DNA of 64,000 nucleotides from Octopus vulgaris (lineage: Eukaryota): positions 99,882,001-99,946,000 of the forward strand of contig OX597824.1 of assembly GCA_951406725.2 (NCBI GenBank). The letters run 5' to 3'. The translations under genes were made by a program, and so were the position numbers. Under the pieces are notes generated by a model. That model had not been told where the DNA came from. It made no database searches and worked only from the letters and a program-made list of their open reading frames with translations. Below are positions 46,727-59,610 of this stretch, one piece after another (the stretch's first letter is position 1; every line of letters starts with the position of its first letter).

Positions 46727-46909
46727 GGTAATGAATCTTTGGAGTTGGTGAAAAAAGAATATGAATCCTTAAACTGTCAATTGATAAAGGGCTTGCCAGA
46801 TCTGTGTAAAATATCATCAGAAGTTATCTTGGACATTATTGTAAACTTCATACTGCTTAAGAATTACTATCAAGAACTCTGGGTTACAGGATTGAAGAAA
46901 TTTATTGAA
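46727..46909 (+). CDS. RhoGEF exon 8 (BAR helix 3)
   Basis: tttttAG|...GAA|GTaagg; GNESLELVKKEYESLNCQLIKGLPDLCKISSEVILDIIVNFILLKNYYQELWVTGLKKFIE contains the BAR motif YE.LN.QL...LP. Confidence 0.92.
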
Positions 46910-47551
46910 GTAAGGAATTTAAGATTTTTATTGTGATTTGAAAAAAATATTTAAATGAATAGACAAGATTCTGATTATTGCTATTTTGTAGTCCCACAAC
47001 CTCTAAAGGATTATACTTGTGGTCGTAGTAGTTGCTGTCAACTCAATATTTAACAGTATTTACGAATACATTATTGAGTGAATTGGCAGCATCTTTAGTA
47101 TGAGACAAAATGCCTTGCTGTATTAATTCCAACTCACTGTGATCTGAGTTTAAACTCTGCTAAATTTCATTATTTCAGAATCAGTAATATCAAAGTTTGG
47201 TAAATTAACAAAATTATTAATACTGTCAGACAAGATATCACCTTGGATTGGCTCTAGTATTCCCTTAGATGGTAAACTTAATCTGCCACTCATTTTAACA
47301 TCACAACCTGGTCATTGGGTGCATTTAGTGCAAACAGTTAGGCCAGGTCTCTAATTAGAGAATAACTTCCTTCCACAAGTCATAAAATTTCTGAAAAAAC
47401 AACAGGGTTATATATCTTGCAACATTATATACATTTTGTCATTGACCTAGTTGATTGAACAATCAACACTTTCTCCTAGAGTTGTCAAACTAAGTGTCAT
47501 TTAGAGATTTTAACAATCTCCACTGAAAATAAAATAATGATGTATAAATAT

Positions 47552-48318
47552 TAGGCTTGTAAGAAATGAAGCTAGTATGCTCCGCTGGATGTGTAATGTC
47601 AGTGTGCATGTATGACAGAGTGTGAGTGTCCTGAGAGAAAAGTTGGACATAAGAATCATTAGATGTGGTGTGCAAGAGAGACAACTGCACTGGTATGGGC
47701 ATGTGATGCATATGTGAAGAGGTAGACTCAGGAAGACATGGGATGAAGTGGTGAAGCACAATCTTTGAATGTTGGGTCTCACAGAGGCAATGACAAGTTA
47801 CCAAGACCATTAGAGATATGCCGTGCTTGAGAAGACCCGTCAAGCCAGGTGGGATCATTGTGATGGCTGATGCTAGTGTCACCTGACTGGCACCCGTGCT
47901 GATGACATGTAAAAAACACAATTTGAGCATGGCTGATGCCGGAGCTGATTGGCTCCTGTGCCAGTGGAGATTGTAGTTGTGGCCGATGCCAGTGTCACCT
48001 GACTGGCACCCGTGCCGGTGGCATGTAAAAAGCACCATTCAAGTGTGGCCAATGCCAGAGCTGCCTGACTGGCATATAAAGGGCATCATTTGAGCGTGGC
48101 TGATGCCAGGGACGCCTGACTGACACCCATGCCAGTGGCTCGTAAAAAATAACCTACTACACTCTGGGAGTGGTTGGTGTTAGGAAGAGTATCCAGATGT
48201 AGGAACCTTACCAAATCAGATTGGAGCTTGGTGCAGCCTTTTAGCTCACTAGTTCTCAGTCAAACCATCCAACCCATGCGAGCATGGAAAGCAGACGTTA
48301 AATGATGATGATGATGAT
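47552..48318 (+). mobile_element. RTE-PHD 3' fragment with about 5 modules
   Basis: RNEASMLRWMCNV, modules at 47870-48155, (GAT)n tail. Confidence 0.88.
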
Positions 48319-49756
48319 TAAACTTGTCCGAGCAACATGTTGAAATGGATGAGACTTAATAAGACTACCAACTAAAATGCACTGCAGCCTTTTTGATGTG
48401 TTTTAAGCAGAACAGTTATTACAATGCAACTCACCTAATTGTTGCAAATAATAATAATAGATCTTGAAATATTACTTGTAAATAACTAGCATTCTCTCCA
48501 GGGTGATGCTTAATCTCCCTTTGATTACATCTTCATCATGACCTGCTTTGATTGTTGGTAGAACATAGATGCTGAACAGCAGTCTTCAGTTGTGTTCTGT
48601 CTTGTACTTTGCTTTTCACTTAATTCCATATCATTCTTTTCTTTTATCCTCAGTTTTTAACCTGCCAGTCTCTAACAAATGAGCCTTTGTTGTCCTGCCT
48701 TTCTCTTTTCCTCTGGGTTCCAATTCAAGGCTCATCTTGCCAAACCTCCTTCTGATTTTTTAAATTTGTTGCTTACCTATTTCCACTTATATCATTTACT
48801 TTTATGGCGGATGGGTTCCTGTTTGTGTTTGGCCCAAAGGTTTCCATTGCTCACAATTTTTTCAGGGCATCTAATATTTAGTGGGTTTCTGATGTACCCT
48901 TCCATGAAAGTTTGTATCTTTTTGAGGATATTTGAATTCATTCACCATAGCCTTGCATCACATAGCAGGATAAATTTGATGTTAATTGAAAGTTGTCAGT
49001 GTAACATATGGATAAATCCTTTACATTTCCTCTATTGAATTTAAGTTGAATACTTAATTTATTAAAAGAAATTTAACATTTATCATTAACTGACTTAAGT
49101 GATATCAAGAATTTTGGTTATTATCAAATCAACAAAGATAAGCAGAACTGAATTTAATTGTAAGCAAATTGATCCAAGCAGTTAGTTAATCAGTATGAAT
49201 GTCTGTTTGGTAATCAATCCAATATTGGGACATCTTTTCATAAATTGTATAATTTTTATGGTTAAACACAGAGCTGAAGAAATGTGGTAGTTGTTTATGC
49301 AGTTCTCAAAAATATTAAGAAAGTGAATGAAGCTGTGTCAATGAAGAATGGAAAAAATTTGCACCATTTACTAAAACTTTATGAAACCGCAGAAAGCATC
49401 TATTGTAATACATAATTTCAGTTAAATTATATTAGAAATAAATAGCCATAGGCTGGTCCTATGGATTGTTAGAATATGGAGAAAACAAGTGTGAGTAATA
49501 TGAAACAACTATACATGCAACTGAGTAATTATGTCATCGAATACTGAATGGTAGAATAAGAGTTGAAGCAAACCCACATAAAAAAAAATTTAATGAATTG
49601 CTTGATGACATTGTACTGCATTTAGTTAATGTTTCAACATTCAATAGTTTGAGTTTTAAATAGCTAAAATGATGATTTTTTAACAAACTTATAGAACCAT
49701 CCAACTAAGGCTGTCATAGAAATCGTTTTAAAAAACCATTAAAAAATATATTTTAA

Positions 49757-49974
49757 CCCTTTACCATTTAAAATTATAATATTTACCCCAAAATATTCTA
49801 CCTGTTTTATGTTCAAACCAGCCAGGTTCAGCCTCTCATAACTACCCTACAATGTAATCCTAAAAATAAACAATCACATCAAAATCCCAAATCAACAAGA
49901 TAATGCATGATTAATTCAAAATGATGTGCAAAAATAAGCATTACATTTGACAGAGTAATTTGCATGCTAAACAG
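49757..49974. mobile_element. piggyBac-like (TTAA) MITE
   Basis: TTAA|CCCTTTACCATT ... ATGCTAAACAG|TTAA, imperfect TIRs. Confidence 0.65.
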
Positions 49975-50052
49975 TTAAAATGAATGAAAATACTCTCTAT
50001 CATTAAAATAATTGTATGTGTAAAATGAATATGATCTTTGCTTTGTTTTCAG

Positions 50053-50154
50053 TTTATTGAAATGAAGGACGACAAGAATAAAAATGAACCCAGCAACTGG
50101 CAGGTACAGAAAATATTTTCTGAGTTGTGGTTTCAACAGTTTGATGTTAATCGT
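50053..50154 (+). CDS. RhoGEF exon 9 (post-BAR)
   Basis: ttgttttcAG|...CGT|GTaagt; open, phase 0-0: FIEMKDDKNKNEPSNWQVQKIFSELWFQQFDVNR; an alternative in-frame donor is possible after 50103. Confidence 0.7.
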
Positions 50155-50164
50155 GTAAGTTTAT

Positions 50165-50740
50165 ATCATCATCATCATCGTTTAACGTCCACTTTCTATG
50201 CTAGCATGGGTTGGATGGTTTGACTGAGCACTGGTAAGCCAGAGGCTGCACCAGGCTCACTCTGGTTTGGCAAAGTTTCTACAGTTGGATGCCCTTCCTC
50301 ATGCCAACCACTCCGAGAGTGTAGTGGGTGCTTTTTACATGCCACCTGCATGAGGGCCAGTCAGGCGGTTCTGGCAACGACCACACTCACACTCAAAAAG
50401 TGATTTTATGTACTACCTGCACGAGAGCCAGTCCAGTGACACTGGCAACGACCATGCTCGAATGGTGCTTTTCACATGTCACTGGATTGGGAGGCAATCC
50501 GTGGCCCTGGCAACAATCATTCTCAGATGATCATGCATGAGTGCCAATCAGGTGGTATTGTCATTGGCTACGTCAGCAATTTTGGTTTGTTTACACTTGC
50601 CTCAACAGGTCTTTGCAAGCAAAGTTCATTGTCCAATGAATGTGGAGTGGTTACACCCCATGTTCGGATGTGCTTTCAATGTTCCACTGGCACGAGTGCC
50701 AATCAGGCAGTACTGTTGTCAGCCACGCCTGCAATTTTGA
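50165..50740 (-). mobile_element. RTE-family 3' end, minus strand, starting about 10 nt after the exon 9 donor
   Basis: (CAT)n, ggatgcccttcc box, reverse-oriented modules. Confidence 0.88.
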
Positions 50741-51049
50741 TTTTTCTATTTTATAGCAACTGCTTAGTTAAAGTTTACCAGAAAGCTGGTTTGGGTTAGA
50801 ACCATTGTTTGGCTTGAATTAAGTCTAGTTAAGGAATTAGGGCAGAAAATGTTTCATAAATAAAATTTGTACAATGAATTTGGTATAATTTTTGAGATCT
50901 TGAAACTGGGATATTGTGCATAACACTAATCATAATAGATGAATGAGTAAATTGTGATGGCAAAGAAAAACTAATTTTAACTAAGCAAAAATGTTGTAAC
51001 ATTATTAGTCTCTAACATATTTTTCTAAAAATCAGTTATCACCATTTAT

Positions 51050-53065
51050 TTCAAAGATCCATCAAACAGTCAGAAATTTCAAGATGTTCTGATTAAAGCA
51101 TTGGACAAGAAAGAGGAGTAATAGTGATGTATAATGTAGAAGACAATGGAAAGTTCTTACGAGACAACCGTCTGAAGACGGCAGATCAAATCTGTGGCTG
51201 GAGCAAAGCCCCAACTAGTCAGAGGATATCATAGTGGTGAAATTGTAAGGTAGATAGGGGCATAAAAGTGAAGATACAGGCTTGGAAAAACTAGAAAAAT
51301 GGAGCTGTATCAAGTAGCTAGGAAGGAAGTTAAGTGACAAGTTTATCTATCAAGGGCAGAAATAGAATGGAAGAAGTTTGCAAACATCTTACAGCATGAA
51401 GATCGGAGACTGGAAGTGTTCCAGATTGCTAGTCAGTGTATCAGAGAATCAAATTGTTGCATGAAAGACATGTATATGAATAGTATGCTTGTACTTAGTG
51501 ACTCTGAAAAGGAAGAGGCATAGATGAACTACTATAAATGACTCTTAAATGTAGGAATGCATGGAAGAAAGAGTCTTTCCAGTGTGAAATCAAAAGAGGG
51601 ACCAGTTATTTTAGCTGACAACAGTATGATAAATAAAACAATTAAGGATATGAAGATGGGGAAAGCCTCTGGCCCACTGAGATGCTTATAATATATAGTC
51701 TAGTTACCTCTATAGTTAATCAAGTTGATATTTAATTGCTGGACCAGGTCATAAAAGTTACAGAAAGTGTTATAACCTGATTAATTAAAAATGGAGTTAG
51801 GCTTGATGAAATGCACTCTGGTTTTGTGCAAGCAAGAAGTACTACTGATGCTATCTTCTTAGTCAGACAACTTCAGAAGTAGTTAACTAAAAATAACTAT
51901 TGTACTTGACAATTGATGACATTGTGAAAGTCTTTGACTGAGAACCTTACTCTGCAAAATACTGATCTCTGAAGTAGCTAGAGATAGATGATGGACTTGT
52001 GAAAACTATACAGGGATGCTGTCAGTAGGGTAAGAGTTAACCATGAGCACAATGACAAATCTAGTGTACATGGAGGCGTTCATCCGGGCTATGTTCTCTC
52101 TTCCTTCCTATTCATCATCCTCCAGAACATAAAAGGATTTTAGACTGGCTGACCCTAGGAACTACTATATGCTGATGATCGTGTTCTCATACTGGTGTCT
52201 GTAACAGAATTAGAAAAGAAATTCCAGGTGTGGATGCCAAAGCTAGAATAGAAGGGCCTTAAAGTTAACTGAGTAAATGCCAAAGTTCTAGTAAAGAAGA
52301 AAATAGATAAGACTCTACCTACAACAGGTAAACGGCTCTGCTCAATATGTAGGGAAGGTGTAAACAGGAATTCCATACAGTGCAAGCTATGGACACACAA
52401 GAGGTGCAGTAGAATTACAGGAAGGTTAACGAGAAAGTAGTGTTAGTGTGTGGAATATGCACAGGGGTCATAAAGACTATAGATACACAGAAAATTGATT
52501 TTTCTCAAATACACTGGAGGCTCTCTAGAGGCAGTAGATAATTTCTGTTACCTAGGTGACCTAATTAGATGTAGAGGAGCATGTTCTGAAAGAGTACTTA
52601 CCAGAATAAGAATAGGATGGAGAAAATTAAGAGAAATTTTACCTCTGTTGGCAACAAAAGTTTTCTTTCTCCAAATGAAAGGAAGATTGTATGATGCTTG
52701 TGTATGAGCATCATTGCTACACGGTAGTGAAACGTGGGCCCTGAATGCAGAGGACATGCAACAACTAGAGAGGAATGAAACTTGTATATGCCAGTAGGTG
52801 TGTAACTTCAGTGTACATGTATGACTGAGAGAAAAGTTAGGCGCAAGAGGAATTAGACGCAGTGTGCAAGAGAGATGACTGCACTGATTTGGCCAAGTAA
52901 TGCATATTTTAACAGTTCCATAAAGAAATGCTGATTCCTTAAAACAAATCAAACTATTTGAAGAGGGAGACCTAGGAATACTTGGGAGATGTATTGAAGG
53001 CCGATCTCAAGATCCTGAGCAAGATGGTTGGTGTTTTGCTGTGTTTGAGAGGACTCATTCACCTC
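51050..53065 (+). mobile_element. Old, heavily decayed RTE-PHD LINE
   Basis: ELLYADD, CSICREG, WTHKRC, NFCYLGD, GRLYDACV remnants. Confidence 0.85.
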
Positions 53066-53072
53066 AGCAAAA

Positions 53073-53745
53073 ATCATCATCATCATCATCATCGTTTAAT
53101 GTCCGTTTTCCATGCTGGCATGGGTTGGACAGTTTGACTGAGGTCTGGAGAGCCACTGGCTGCACCAGGCTCCAGTCTGATCTGGCAATGTTTTTACAGT
53201 TGGATGCCCTTCCTAATGCCAACCACGGGAGCCAGTCAATGGGTAGTGGCATTGGCCGTATTTGGACGGTGTTTTTCCTGTGCCACCAGCACAGGGGCCA
53301 GTCAGGTGAATCTGGCATCAATCACATTCAGATAGTGCTTGTTATGTGCCACTAGCATGGGGGCCAGTCAGAGGGTATTGGCATTGACCACACTTGGATG
53401 GTGCTTTTTACATGCCACTGGCACGGGAGCCAGTAGGGGACACTGGCATCGATTACGTTCAGATGATGCATTTTATGTGCCACCAGAATGGAAGCCAGTC
53501 AGTTGGCACTGGCCACAGCTGCGATTTTGGTTTTACTTTACTGTCCAACCCATGCTAGCATGGAAAGCGGATGCTAAACGATGATGATGATGATGATGAT
53601 GATTCACTCAACAGGCCTTCTCAAGCATATCATATCACCTGAAGCACCAAGGATACTCTTAAATGGGCTGAACATGCAACACTGACATTGACCATGGCTG
53701 CAATCTCACTTTAGTTGCTGGGTCTTCTCAATCACAGCAGATCTC
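53073..53745 (-). mobile_element. RTE-family 3' end, minus strand, with a nested plus-strand tail of about 60 bp (53540-53602)
   Basis: (CAT)n start; internal ctgtccaacccatgctagcatgg...(GAT)n. Confidence 0.8.
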
Positions 53746-54449
53746 CATCCTAAAACTACTTTGGTAATGCCTGTACCTGAGGGGCCCTGCCCCATCAAGC
53801 ATTTCCTCCATATTGCATCCCCTTACACTCATCACTTCGCTTTCTATACTATAATCATCCAGGAGCAGAATAGGCACATACTACATTTCCTCCCTTTTGC
53901 TTACCTTCCTCCCCACTAGAACCCATTTCTCATTATCTTCCCTGCCCCCACTATTTCCTTTCCACTCCTTTGTATGCTTTTAGCCATTTCTCTCTCCCTT
54001 CTGCTACACTCCATCTTTAACATCTCTCTTATCTGCTCTCACTCTCACTGCTCCCACATATCTATCAGTCTCACTGAGTAACCACTATGTCTCTCACCAT
54101 TTGCTTCTTCTCCATCTCTAATCATCTCTCCTCACACTCTTATTATGAAACTTCCCCTCTGTCTCCTCTGCCCACTCACCCAGTCCAATCCTCTCTACAT
54201 CTTTCATTTATAGTCACCTCTCTCTCTATCTTCACACATCTCCAGCACCATCTCTCTTTTTCACTCTTTCTCTGTACCTCTCTATCTTCCTTTCTAACTT
54301 TCTGCTTTTCTTCCCCCATAGGAGTAGCCATGTATCTCCTCTACAGCAAGACACCTATCTCTATCCCTCAATTATACTTTTATTTCTTGTCAATATGCAC
54401 AAAGTCAGTATGCACTGCCATCAATACAACCCCACCTCCCAGTTGAGGG

Positions 54450-54665
54450 CTGTTTGTCTTGCAAGTTACTTGGTGACCTGCTTGTGCTGATGCCATGTAG
54501 CCAGTCTTCTGTGTAAAATGTTTGGCATTAAAAAGAGCATCCAGCTGTAGAAATCATGCCAAAGCAGCTGATAGAGTCTGGTGCAGTGCTCTGGCTAGCC
54601 AGCTCCTGTCTGGCTGTCCAACCCATGCCAGTATAGAAAACGGATGTCAAATGATGATGATAATG
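54450..54665 (+). mobile_element. Decayed RTE-family or SINE tail
   Basis: gagcatccagctgtagaaa...ccaacccatgcc...tgatgatga. Confidence 0.7.
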
Positions 54666-55157
54666 AAGATGGTATAATTTTTACTATTCATTATTTCTAT
54701 AATGAATTTTGTATAGTAAATAATATTTGAAAAATTAGTCATTGCTGGTCATGTGGATTGTTAGAATGTGGAGAGAATAAGTGTCAGTAATATGAAACAA
54801 CTATATATGCAACAGAGAAATAGTAATTACCTCATCAAATGTTGAATATTAGAATAAGGGTTGAAGCAAACCAATAGAAAATATTTACTGAGTTACTTGA
54901 GGAAATTGTACTACTTTTGGTTTATGTTTCAGCATCTAGCAGTTTAGATTAAACATTTTTTTCACTAAACTCACTCTAGATTATTCTCAATTCCCATTTG
55001 CGAAAGATATGAATTGACTTTTGGTACTTGTCATCCCTATACTCCTTTTCTCATTAACAGAGATGGTTGCATCAAATATGGGTATCCGTAGTAATATTCA
55101 GTTGTAGTCATGTAGTTTGCATAGTTATATGCATGTATATATGAATTTATTTTTCAG

Positions 55158-55275
55158 GTATTACTTAATGTACCTGTGTTACTTTCTGAAACATGCAGGT
55201 ATAGTTTGCCTGTAAATACAAACAAAGCAACTAGACCTAAAACGGGTATGAATACTGATCATTTTCCAGTAACAG
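55158..55275 (+). CDS. RhoGEF exon 10 (linker)
   Basis: ttttcAG|...CAG|GTgagt; open: VLLNVPVLLSETCRYSLPVNTNKATRPKTGMNTDHFPVT(G); phase 0 in, phase 1 out; supported by splice sites and phase only. Confidence 0.62.
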
Positions 55276-57274
55276 GTGAGTCACTTCAATTAATCAGCTA
55301 ATAAAAATTTGCCTCTTACTAATGACAGCCAGCAGAATTAGTAAGCTGAAAAGCACCTGTCATATTTCAATAATTACCACCTTAAGACAAAAGGGATCTC
55401 CCTCTCACACACATACTTGATTAAATTTACATAGTTAAATGCTTCTTTCAATGAGTGTATCTGCAAGTTATACTAATTAGGTGAAGCTACACATGCAAAT
55501 GTTTTGTAATAATAACCTTACTAATTTCTACTATTTTTACTGGTGAACTGTATCGTTATTTGGTACCTGTCTGCAGCTATGTGGGTTAGTTAGCAATAAT
55601 TATATTTGCTATGGGTCCAATGCAGTGTCAGTGATGAGATATGAACTGGATCACTTCAATAGGTTTGGTACTTTATCAATTCAGTCAGTAGCATCTCTCA
55701 ATTTTTTATCAATTTTACAGAAAATTGAGCTCAAATAATTCTTTTGTAAATCAAGAACTACACTATCTCATGTATACATACACACACACACACACATACA
55801 ATAAATAATTTAAAGAAAACAGAGAATAATCATCATCATTTTTGTTTAATGCTTGTCTTCTATACTGTTACTGTTTCTGCACCCCCCTCCCCCAACAATA
55901 AATCTGTATAACTTCAGTAAGAATTGTCTTGGACTCTGATGAACTGCCCAACCCATGGTGGCATGGCAGATGGACTAACCCATTCTGTCACTGGGTCCAC
56001 CTACTTGACCCACCTCATCAAACTGTCTTTCTTGTGTGAACATGAAAAATAATCCTGAAATAATAAATGGTAGGGCGTGATTTGCGGGAGATTTAGCTGA
56101 TATTTTTAACCAGACCAACAACTATGTAGAGGTTTCCTCATTTATGAAAATTAGCATGTGTCAGATCAGTTATTTTATGGTACCTAGTATAGTGCACAAA
56201 AAGTATTTCCAATGCCTTGTAGTGTAAAAGTAGCTGATTTTTTTGAGGTATTGGATGCACTGGATTAGCTGTGTCTAGTATTAACATTGACCTGCTATGA
56301 AGTGTTCAAACGGTTCACTTGAAGCAGTTGATGTGTTTTGTTAATGATGAGATATAATTAACCTGTAGTAGCAATCCTCTCTCTCCACCAAAAGAACCTA
56401 ACCAACTTTGTTGAAAACAGAATATATTTTAGTCCCTATGTGGAGGTAAAATTGTAAGGATTCACTGTATAAATTTGTGTTCCTTAATTAACTTGAAATA
56501 TGGCTAAGAATGCATACTTGATGAACAGGTGCCATTTGCTGGTTGTGTAAAATACAGAGGATAAATTAGATTGAATCCAAGAAGATACATCATCAAAATT
56601 CATAGAGAAATGCTGTATTTCTCCTTGAATTTTTAACTTGATGTATTTCAAACTTGTGCTAACTTTAGAAAAACAAACTTTAAAATGATAAGAATGATGA
56701 AAATACTAAGTCCAGCATAATAGCATAAAGGTCATTTGCCCTACAAAATTTATCACTCATACTTCATGTCCCAACTAAAAACATGAACCTGTGCCTCTTC
56801 CTAAGCACAAGTTAACATTTTGTATTTTGTCCATAGTGAAAGAAATTTAGAAGTATTTGTTACCTAGCAACATTTTCAATAGGCTTAGCAATCATTAAAA
56901 TCACAATGACAAGGTTAAAAAGGGGGAAATATCATCTAAAGGAAGCAAACTTTTCATAGTCAAGGATGTTATTTGGGAAATCTTACTTGATTCTGGAACC
57001 CTAATAGTCCGTCAGACATTTAGGGTTGCCTATTGGTTTTGCATTATGGATGGCCTAAACTTCAGTCTGATTTGAAACACCATTATATATTCTATTATAG
57101 AGTATTTAACTGTGACATGAAGTGTTTCCAAGAAATGTTTGATCCAGAATGTTATTCAATCTTGTATTTGTATTATTAAAGACTGATAGTGACTACAATC
57201 TGTTCGTAGTAGCTTGTCTCTGTGTATTCTTTTGTAAAATATTTTAATTGATTCATTTTATTTATGGTAATCAG

Positions 57275-57321
57275 GTAATATTGAGCTGAAGCAGTCACTG
57301 ATGATTGATGAAGATGATGGT
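57275..57321 (+). CDS. RhoGEF exon 11 (short linker exon)
   Basis: aatcAG|...GGT|GTaagt; (G)NIELKQSLMIDEDDG; phase 1 in, phase 0 out, exactly bridging exons 10 and 12. Confidence 0.6.
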
Positions 57322-57536
57322 GTAAGTAAATATATACATTTGAAGTCAATCAATTTCCTATAATTTTTATCACAATTTAGAAATACATAAGGGCTTTTAG
57401 TAATATTTCCTTATAACTATGCTAGCTAACAGTTATGATCATGGCTACTTGATTTTAAATGTTCAATAGCAATTGTTGTTTTCTTATAGCTACAGCAATA
57501 ACTATCGAAATGAAAAGTACCATAATTACTTTGTCA

Positions 57537-59139
57537 TCTCTCTATATATAAAACTGAGAATGTGTGTGTGTGTGTGTGTCTGTCTGTCTGTCTGTATGTT
57601 TCCCTAAAACTAACTACACAACCAATTTCATTCAAATTTTACACATGCCTTACTTAGGGTCCTTGTAGTTTCATGGCAAAAAAAAATGTTCAACTTCTTG
57701 CCTAGGGCGAGCCCATAGCAATATCATATCTTCTCCACTCTTTCAGTATTACGTGTTAAAAGTGAAACAAAAACATTTCTCTATTTTATGTCAGATACTT
57801 TGACTTTAACAATAAAAATTAGTGATAATAATAACAATTGAGTTATATGTAGTAAGTAATAATTAAAATCAAACTAAAGTATAATATAATAATTAAATCG
57901 TAAAATAACAAAAGTAAAAATAGCAATTGGTATAAAATTGCATCAATGACTTGAACTTGAATAAATGGTTTCACATGAATGGGAATAAATTAAAAATAAA
58001 ATTAGTGTGCAGAAATGGAATAGTCTAGATGGAGCTGTGCACATACCTTTTACCACGGCTTTTACATTAGATTATTTGCTAATTAGCTAGCATTAAGTAT
58101 CTACATGAAGTTTGGCTATATGTGATGTCTGTTTTCTCGAACAGCCGCTTCTACTGAGTACTGCTGTTGGTTTATTTCTTATACATAAAGGACTATAGCT
58201 TCAACTGCGTACTGCTTTTTGATTCACCGTAAGGTTTGTTGTTATTATTATTTCTGTTTAACTATTGTTATCACGTTTGTTGGTTCCTCGAAAGGGAAAC
58301 ATTGTTGTGTTAAATAATTGTAAACCGTAACCCTCCCACTCTAGGAGAAGAAGCTTTGGTTATTGTTTAAAAATTGAATTGTGTCCCTGTTTGGGAAAAT
58401 TGACAATATTTTCACCGTTTATACGGAAGCATTTTTGTTAAAATGCCTTTGATAGAAGAAAGTCCGAAAATGAATTTCACTGCAGCCATCAGCGGGTGCG
58501 AACTCATTAAAATTAAAATGGAAGAAATACAAACCTATTTCGGATTGATCACCGACAAAGATGGTGAATCTAGGATAACACCACCAAACGAAATAAAAAA
58601 TTAAATTAAAGAAAAGACTATTGTCTATAAAGTACACTATGTAGATAAAAAAAAAAATTTGAACACCTGGAGGAAAGCACCATCGAAAAGTGTCTTGGTG
58701 CAAAGATATCAAATATCTAACCAGAGGTGGTAAATTCACCACAATAGAAGCAAGGTTCGAGTCAACGTAGCGTGCAAGGGAGTACTCGACTCAAACCTTG
58801 CAAAGTAAAATATTTTATTTTTACCTTTATATCTGGGACGTAGGACGTCCCAGATAAAAATTTAAAATGTCCCCCCAGAAGTAGAGGTAGGCTGGATTGT
58901 AGCCACACTTCTATACAAGAGGGAGGACAAGATAAAATTGATCGAAATTGCAAGAGACGGGCCTACAATTCCAGTCTGTTATATATTTCGAGTATTGTTA
59001 TCACTAGCGATATCAAAATATAACTTTGTATTTTATGTGTAGATGTATATATAGATGTACATGTAATATGTACACATATATATACACATATATACATGCA
59101 CTAGCACTATTACCTGGCAACGATGGGTCATAATGCTAG
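57537..59139 (+). mobile_element. Non-autonomous Helitron-like element (1.6 kb)
   Basis: A|TCTCTCTATATATAAAA 5' end, internal (GT)n(CTGT)n, 3' hairpin ACCTGGCAACGATGGGT and CTAG|T, no TSD. Confidence 0.78.
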
Positions 59140-59610
59140 TAGTTAATAATTATCCAGGACAAAAAGCACCTGATCCAAAAGTTATTCCTTCACCCATTTT
59201 CACAGTTGGTTATTGAGTATTTGCAAGTATTTGAACCTAGTTTCCAGCCCAGAGATAACTTTCTCCCTTTCTACTACTAGTCAAAGAATCTTTCTTTGCA
59301 AAAATATTATGGATACTGCTCTTCCTTCTCTGATTAAGCCATTTATTGTATGTAACTTGTCTTATTCCAAATTATTTAACAGATGAAATTTCATTATTGT
59401 GAATACCAATAGATCAAAGTTTAAGTTTCAATTTCTGATTATAATCTTAATGAAAATGTTATATGGGTTTTGATGTAATGAAAATCATTACAACAAATAT
59501 TTTTAGTAGTATCAAACAAAATTTTAACTTCTAGCTGTTAAAATTTCTTACTTTAACAAAAATATTTTAGAGACAGTGGTCTTGAAAATCAAGTGTACAT
59601 ACAATATATA

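Noticed and set aside
53780-54440. ORF 54087-54446 in a pyrimidine-rich tract
   Set aside because: Low-complexity CT-rich sequence giving an S/L/F-biased translation
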